NCBI GenBank assembly: GCA_041576165.1
Contig: JBFGLM010000029.1
Span: 1 to 61,604 of the forward strand
Length of the DNA: 61,604 bases
From: Acidimicrobiia bacterium
GTDB lineage: Bacteria > Actinomycetota > Acidimicrobiia > Spongiisociales > Spongiisociaceae
Direction of reading: 5' to 3'
The translations under genes were made by a program, and so were the position numbers. The notes under the pieces are model-generated. The model worked only from the letters and a program-made list of their open reading frames with translations. It was not told where the DNA came from and searched no databases. Shown one piece after another: positions 56,251 to 61,604 of the stretch; position 1 is the first letter of the stretch, and each line of letters begins with the position of its first letter.

Positions 56251-57551
56251 TCGTCTCCGGCGGCGCTCTCAGCCAGTCGGCTGTTGGTAGCCACCACCCT
56301 GCTCTGTGCCTGTGCGGCCAGGCTGCGGACGCGGTTGACGTCGGTCACTAGCTGGCCGTTGCGCACCAGCACCTGCCCTCCGGCAAAAACCCACTCGATA
56401 TTCGAGGTATCCACGCCCCAGACCACTGCTCCGATCGGATCGTTGATGGGAAAGATGTTGGGCCGGTCGGTACGCAGCACGATCAGATCCGCCTGCCGCC
56501 CGACCTCGAGCGATCCCGTCACATTTCCCAGGCCCGCCGTTCTGGCTCCCACGACCGTCGCATAGCGGATGACATCACGGGTGGTCAGCAGGTTGGGCAG
56601 GCCTGCTTTCCCAGCCAGTTTCAAGTCGAAGTACGCAGCGTGCTGCACGGAGTTGGTGATGCGCATCTGAGCGAACATGTCGCCGGGCGCGACACGCTCG
56701 TCCCCCACCGCCAGGCCGGGTTCGATATTCCGGTCAAGCAATTTCTGCAGCGGCGGCGCACCCAAGCCGGCCGCCATCTCGCTGGACGGAGCCAGGGAGA
56801 CAGAAGCGCTGCTCGCTGCGATGGCGTCGAGATCGGCGTCATCAAGATGTGAGCAATGGACCAACGTCACATCGGACCCCAGCAAATGCCGCTGACCCAT
56901 CGCAGAAACCACTCCTGCATCGGCAGAACGAAGACCCGCATGTGCGTGGATACGCATGCCCAAGCCGCGGGCCGCTGCCCAATCGTTTCCGAGCTGGTCA
57001 ACGTTGTCGCCGGACAAACCCACCGAGCCGAAGGCCACAGTCGTCCGGGAATCTGCCCGGCCTGACAGGCGGCGGTCCACTGTGTCGTGCACGTCCGCCG
57101 CCGTGCGGCCACCGGTCGGTGCCGCCAGGACGAGCACGGTACGCAGGCCGGCATCGTCGTGGGCCTGCAGAGCGGCGTCGATGTGCTCGTCCTCGAGCGG
57201 GATGTCCGCCCAGTCGACCACCGTGGTGATGCCTGCTTCTGTCGCACCGAGCAAACCGACGAGGGTCGCGGCGTACACATCATCAGGCTGCAGGTCAGGG
57301 CGGGTGATATCGGAACTTGCTTCGCCGTCGTTGCGAAACAGCGACCGCCAGACGTGACGATGCGTGTCGACGAAGCCGGGCATCACGATCGTTTCCCGGC
57401 CGTCGATTACGTCGGCGTCCTTCGCGGCCACGCGAGGACCCACCTCCGACACGACCCCGTTCTCGATCAGGATGTCCGCCTCGGGAAAGTTGGGTGTCTT
57501 CGACCCGAGGGTCAAAATGCAGGCGCCCCGAATCGCCGTCTTCGAGCTCAC
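56247..57551 (-). CDS. Amidohydrolase family protein (deaminase-like), possibly degenerate
   Basis: PGFVDTHRH, GITTVVDW, VHC, PSSE, GSLEVGRQAD. Confidence 0.88.
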   Translation of the reverse strand: MSSKTAIRGACILTLGSKTPNFPEADILIENGVVSEVGPRVAAKDADVIDGRETIVMPGFVDTHRHVWRSLFRNDGEASSDITRPDLQPDDVYAATLVGLLGATEAGITTVVDWADIPLEDEHIDAALQAHDDAGLRTVLVLAAPTGGRTAADVHDTVDRRLSGRADSRTTVAFGSVGLSGDNVDQLGNDWAAARGLGMRIHAHAGLRSADAGVVSAMGQRHLLGSDVTLVHCSHLDDADLDAIAASSASVSLAPSSEMAAGLGAPPLQKLLDRNIEPGLAVGDERVAPGDMFAQMRITNSVQHAAYFDLKLAGKAGLPNLLTTRDVIRYATVVGARTAGLGNVTGSLEVGRQADLIVLRTDRPNIFPINDPIGAVVWGVDTSNIEWVFAGGQVLVRNGQLVTDVNRVRSLAAQAQSRVVATNSRLAESAAGDE

Positions 57552-57676
57552 GCGCGACTACCGCGATGGGCTGGACCGTCGACGAACCAGGCCGTGCGGC
57601 GCGAGCTAGGGCGAGGCTCGGACGGCTCCGTCCAACCTGTCCCACAGGCGGCAACGAACGACTGAGCGGCGCTCAC

Positions 57677-57829
57677 TGATCAGTGACACTACACCCAGGG
57701 GACATGGTCTATCGAGCAAAGCGGCCACTTTTTGCTGGACGACCCGGGCTGCCACCGGCCATGACGCTCGGAATGGCCCGCCGGAACGCAATCCTCCCGA
57801 TCGGGCTGGGGTGTTCAGTGTCACTACAC
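57677..57829. promoter_or_regulatory. Two near-identical imperfect palindromes, candidate XRE-cupin operators
   Basis: TGATCAGTGACACTACAC (57677-57694) and TGTTCAGTGTCACTACAC (57812-57829), 16/18 identical. Confidence 0.55.
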
Positions 57830-58037
57830 AGCAGGGGCAACGGACACTATCCTCGTACCAGCGGGTAAGAGGAGGCCGGCTGCCCAACCGCTGACGGCGC
57901 CGGTGGTTGCGAAGCAACAACCGTGAGCGGTCCTCGGGGTCTTGGTCGAGGAGATCTCCACCACCTCGAAGCCGCCTGATGATGCGCCGGCTCGGCTCGC
58001 GCCTGACGGGCGCGGGCCCCTTGCGGCTGGACGGAGA

Positions 58038-58670
58038 ATGAACAGGCCCAAAGAACAACGACACGCCGAACTCGACAGCATCGGGGACCGACTCCGTGAA
58101 GAGCGAAAACGGGCCGGGCTGAGCCAGCGAGAGCTCGCCCGCCGGCTGGGCTTGTCGGCCAGCATGATCTCTCAGTTAGAAGCCGGTCTTTCCAAACCAT
58201 CTGTGGGCACGTTGTATGCCATTGTCACCGAGTTGAACGTGTCGCTGGACGACGTGATTCGCGGCAAGGACTACGAGCTCGGGTCACAAGCCCGCCCGAA
58301 CCGGGGCCCGGAACCGACGGTCGTTCATCCTGAGGATCGTCGCGCAGTGGACCTCGCCTCTGGAGTGCGCTGGGAGCAGTTGACTCCCGATATCGAGGGC
58401 GGCATTGACTTCATGTTCACCAAATACGAGGTGGGTGGGGCGTCTACCCCCGACGAGTCGCTCATGCGCCACCACGGCCGGGAGTATGGGTACGTCATTT
58501 GCGGCACGATGGGCATTCAGATCGGGTTTCAGGAATACGTGCTGAATGCAGGAGACTCGATCGCATTTGACTCGACCGTTCCCCACCGGCTGTTCAACAA
58601 GGGACCGGAGCCGGTCCACGCCGTTTGGTTCGTCGTCGGCGGCGACCCCGGCAGCGTACGCGCACACTGA
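58038..58670 (+). CDS. XRE family regulator with cupin sensor (PuuR-like)
   Basis: IGDRLR..R...GLSQRELA, SQLE.G..KPSV.TL, H.GREYGYV, GDSI.FDS..PHRL.N. Confidence 0.92.
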   Translation: MNRPKEQRHAELDSIGDRLREERKRAGLSQRELARRLGLSASMISQLEAGLSKPSVGTLYAIVTELNVSLDDVIRGKDYELGSQARPNRGPEPTVVHPEDRRAVDLASGVRWEQLTPDIEGGIDFMFTKYEVGGASTPDESLMRHHGREYGYVICGTMGIQIGFQEYVLNAGDSIAFDSTVPHRLFNKGPEPVHAVWFVVGGDPGSVRAH

Positions 58671-58863
58671 TGACCGCATCCGGCTCGGATCTAGGCCGGC
58701 ATGGTGGGCCTGGAGGCGGTGCAAGCTCATCCGGGGATTTGCTGGCCCGCCGGATTGCGGAGTAGGCAGAGCCCCCCGCTCGGGGCAAGGCGGGTCGAAG
58801 GGCCCTGGCGGGCCTTGGCCGAGCCATGCGACCCTCGCAGTATCTCCTTGTTCGAGGAGCGGG

Positions 58864-59562
58864 GTGAGAACTCAGCTCATGATCATGCTGATCGTCTCTG
58901 CCGTCTTTCTCGTCGCCGCCGCGGTACTCATGGGATTGATACTGTGGCTGGGCTGGGTCGGAGGCCTATCAACTGGGCTGGGCATCGCAGTGGTGGCGGG
59001 TGCGGCCTACGTATGGTTGATCAAGCCGTGGCATATGCGGTGGGGGGCAACCGACGAAGAAACTCAGCGGACGATGCCCGGCGACGAACTGATCCCCGGT
59101 GCCGGTCAGACGACGAGGTCGATCACCATTGCTGCGCCCCCAGAGGCTATCTGGCCATGGCTGATTCAGCTGGGGTTCGGGAAGGCGGGCTGGTACAGCT
59201 ACGACTGGATCGACAACGACTTCCGGCCCAGCGCCCGGCGGATCCTGCCCGAGTATCAAGAACTCGCTGTTGGCGACCAGATCCTGATGATGCCCGAGAT
59301 GGGCTTCGTCGTGCACTCGATCAATGAACCACATTCGATTGTCAGCATCCTGGAGGATGGCTCGACGAGCTGGTGTCTTGCGTTGTATCCGGAGGGCGGG
59401 TCCAGCCGGCTGGTGAGCCGCTGGCGTCCCAAGTTCGAGATGACACCCGCCACGTTCATCTTGATGACCTTGTCCGAGCCGGGCACGTTCATCATGGAAC
59501 AGAAGATGCTGCGCACGATCCGGGCCAACGTGGAAGCGGCGACGACCGGGACGAAGGTGTGA
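58864..59562 (+). CDS. Membrane-anchored SRPBCC/START-like protein
   Basis: Two N-terminal TMs; WGATDEE...MPGD, I.APPE.IWPWL.QLG...AGWYSYDW.DN, FIMEQKML. Confidence 0.72.
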   Translation: MRTQLMIMLIVSAVFLVAAAVLMGLILWLGWVGGLSTGLGIAVVAGAAYVWLIKPWHMRWGATDEETQRTMPGDELIPGAGQTTRSITIAAPPEAIWPWLIQLGFGKAGWYSYDWIDNDFRPSARRILPEYQELAVGDQILMMPEMGFVVHSINEPHSIVSILEDGSTSWCLALYPEGGSSRLVSRWRPKFEMTPATFILMTLSEPGTFIMEQKMLRTIRANVEAATTGTKV

Positions 59563-59993
59563 TGGATGTCGCCTGGGGCATCGTGCTGGTCGTGCTGGGC
59601 TTGCTGGCGTGGCTGGGACAGACGTTGTCGCGATTTGCCACCGATGCGGCCACCCGGCTCAAGCTGGTCGAGAAGGAAGGCTCCGTGGAGCCCGTCTTTT
59701 GGGCTGATATTCGCGGCGAGGCATTGTGGGACTTCTTGACGCTGTGGACCCTGGCAGTCGCCGGCGTGTTGCTCGTCTTCGACCACCAGGCTTGGCCGTA
59801 TTTCGGTCTGATCGGAGGCAGCGTGTATGTGTACTTTGCCGGACGGGGCATCCTGACTCGAGTTGAGATGCAGCGAAGCGGATTCCGCGTGGGAGAACCG
59901 GAGAATGTCCGCCTGGGCCTGGTGATGTTGGGAGTTTGGGGGGCCGCGGGCCTGATCACACTCGTCGCTTCGGTCAACGCGCTCACCAGCTGA
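59562..59993 (+). CDS. Small multi-pass membrane protein
   Basis: MDVAWGIVL start overlapping the upstream stop (TGATG); about four hydrophobic segments. Confidence 0.7.
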   Translation: MDVAWGIVLVVLGLLAWLGQTLSRFATDAATRLKLVEKEGSVEPVFWADIRGEALWDFLTLWTLAVAGVLLVFDHQAWPYFGLIGGSVYVYFAGRGILTRVEMQRSGFRVGEPENVRLGLVMLGVWGAAGLITLVASVNALTS

Positions 59994-60021
59994 TGTTGTG
60001 GCCCAACGGGAGGAGTAGAAA

Positions 60022-60459
60022 GTGGAGGTGACCGCGGCGACCTGGGTGGTATCCGTTGCGGGGCTGGTGCTGATCACACTGCTCGGATCTCTGCAGCTCG
60101 TGGCGGTCCTACGCCCGCAGGCAGAATGGACGGTCCAAAACGTCTATGGCGGTGATCCCACCAGCACGGATCCCAAGGCCTACTTCGCGTACAACCAGGG
60201 CTACGCGTGGGCCGACCCGTTCTTTTGGGCGCCGCTACAGATCGCGGGAAGTGTCGGGATGCTGCTCGGTCACCGCTGGGGCTTTCTCCTAGCTCTCGTC
60301 GCCTCTGTCCCGTATGTGTATACGGCGATCACGATATTCATCTGGGACCGAGACCTGGGGTTCCGGAAGAACACGGTCGGCTACTGGCTGATCATTTGGG
60401 CCATGTGGCCCATCTTTGGGCTCGTCCAAGGTGTGTACTGCTTCGCCAGGCTTCTGTGA
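60022..60459 (+). CDS. Small multi-pass membrane protein
   Basis: GGAGGAG SD; about four hydrophobic segments. Confidence 0.7.
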   Translation: MEVTAATWVVSVAGLVLITLLGSLQLVAVLRPQAEWTVQNVYGGDPTSTDPKAYFAYNQGYAWADPFFWAPLQIAGSVGMLLGHRWGFLLALVASVPYVYTAITIFIWDRDLGFRKNTVGYWLIIWAMWPIFGLVQGVYCFARLL

Positions 60460-60504
60460 AGCGCTTCGGTCCGGCCGCTCGGCAGACTCAGCGGGCTCGA
60501 CGTA

Positions 60505-61038
60505 CTACGGCTGCGTGCATGGGCCGTGAGACCGCAGGCTGATGATCGGATCTGGTGCGGCGAAGTCCACTTCGATCTGTCCTCCGCTGGTGCCGAGGGA
60601 TTTGCCGCTCACGTCAGTGATCCGGTAGTTCCATTTAAGCGTCAGCACGCCAACGGGCTCCAGGGTCGTCACGTCTGCGAAGTCAGCGCCGATGATGGTG
60701 CCAAAGGCCCGTACCCATCCCGTCACGAAGATCTCGGCGGGCCATCCCTCCGGTGGTTCAGCGGACGAGTACACAGCCTCAGTGAATCGCTGGATGTACT
60801 GGCCTTCGAGCTGGTCACCATCGAGGCTGCCGATGAGGCGATATTCGAACGGGATCGACGGGCTGTAGTAGCTGTCATCAACGCCGTTCTTGTCAACATC
60901 GCAGCTCGGTCCACCGTCGAAGGTGGGCGCCCCAGGCTGCCACCTCGTTGTGATGTGATCGCTGTCCGCCTCGGCTGGCGTTGGGGGAACACTCACCAGC
61001 AAGCCGACCGCTATGAGGAGCACAAGCGGTTTGCGCAT
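60505..61038 (-). CDS. Secreted hypothetical protein
   Basis: AAGGAGG SD; signal peptide MRKPLVLLIAVGLLVSVPPTPAEA; DVDKNGVDD loop; two Cys. Confidence 0.7.
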   Translation of the reverse strand: MRKPLVLLIAVGLLVSVPPTPAEADSDHITTRWQPGAPTFDGGPSCDVDKNGVDDSYYSPSIPFEYRLIGSLDGDQLEGQYIQRFTEAVYSSAEPPEGWPAEIFVTGWVRAFGTIIGADFADVTTLEPVGVLTLKWNYRITDVSGKSLGTSGGQIEVDFAAPDPIISLRSHGPCTQP

Positions 61039-61453
61039 CCCAGCCTCCTTTCATCCCTGATCATGCTTGCTCGAGTAGTTCGTCACCAGAGGAGAAGGTC
61101 CCCACGGAGAGTGGTCGAGGGCGAGCACTCCCGGATCGGCCCTCGCCGAGCACGCCGGTCGGATTGGGGCGGAAGCGACTGATCGCTGGATGCCGCCATC
61201 CGGAATGACGGCCATCCAGAAGCAGCTGGGAAGGGGCGCAAGGCTGACGCGCCTTGGGCGCAATGATCGATGCGAGCTGGGAACGCAACGCCACCGCTAC
61301 CGCCACCACCGGCAAACCGGCCGGGAATACGTTCCTCAGCCAGCAGGTATCCGGCAGATGGGCCGTTCTTTCAACCGAGTCGTCGCTCTATGAACCTGGT
61401 GGCGCCGCGAAATCCACCGCCGAGCGCGCCGTCTAGTCAGGCTCGCTTGTCCG

Positions 61454-61603
61454 TCAGTGCTTTACCTCGAGGCCGCCGAACAACACGGTGGCGTTGATAT
61501 CGAGCGTGGGTGAGTCGTCGTCGCCCTCGCCTTCCACTTCGTTTTCGAATCCGCCGAAGATCGGAAGGCCGTGGGTCTCGACGCGCCAGCCCTCCGGCAC
61601 GCG
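61454..61603 (-). CDS. LiaF/DUF2154-like cell-envelope stress protein (C-terminal end only)
   Basis: Manual translation RVPEGWRVETHGLPIFGGFEN...PTLDINATVLFGGLEVKH*. Confidence 0.7.
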   Translation of the reverse strand, partial: RVPEGWRVETHGLPIFGGFENEVEGEGDDDSPTLDINATVLFGGLEVKH

Positions 61604-61604
61604 A

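Noticed and set aside
54922-56565. 547-aa plus-strand ORF
   Set aside because: Antisense shadow of the binding-protein and permease genes
61039-61453. Several short ORFs in a ~400-bp gap
   Set aside because: No SD, motif or coherent composition supports any of them
1-61604. CRISPR arrays, tRNA/rRNA, transposases, integrases, prophage
   Set aside because: No repeat-spacer arrays, cloverleaf or rRNA signatures, or recombinase motifs seen by eye

Overview
GC-rich chromosomal window that looks actinobacterial. An Acidimicrobiia-like origin is inferred from the 'AAAC-GG' Thr-rich lipoproteins, the F420/DDN protein, MmpL and the SARP-STAND regulators. It holds about 49 protein-coding genes; I saw no rRNA, tRNA, CRISPR array or mobile element. 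Recognisable modules: a protealysin-like M4 protease with an emfourin inhibitor; an S8 protease plus MBL-fold hydrolase pair; a TIR-TM-TPR protein; an acoABC-like 2-oxoacid/acetoin dehydrogenase operon; an AfsR-like SARP with two NTF2-like genes; a yehQ/DUF5691/yehL/yehM/yehP-like MoxR-VWA operon; a TetR-MmpL module; and a sugar-type ABC operon with two amidohydrolases. The best candidate for an undescribed system is a ~2070-aa membrane-spanning one-component receptor (SARP/BTAD - pseudokinase - nSTAND1 NTPase - TM - beta-propeller - ProX-type betaine-binding domain with all three Trp-box residues). Its divergent intergenic region carries TCCAACC heptamers at SARP-type 11/22-bp spacing, pointing at both its own gene and a small secreted HExxH protein. 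Other highlights: an ABC permease fused to an amidohydrolase, a possibly lipoprotein-anchored emfourin, and a structured intergenic ncRNA candidate. All family calls come from motif recognition by eye; no searches were run.
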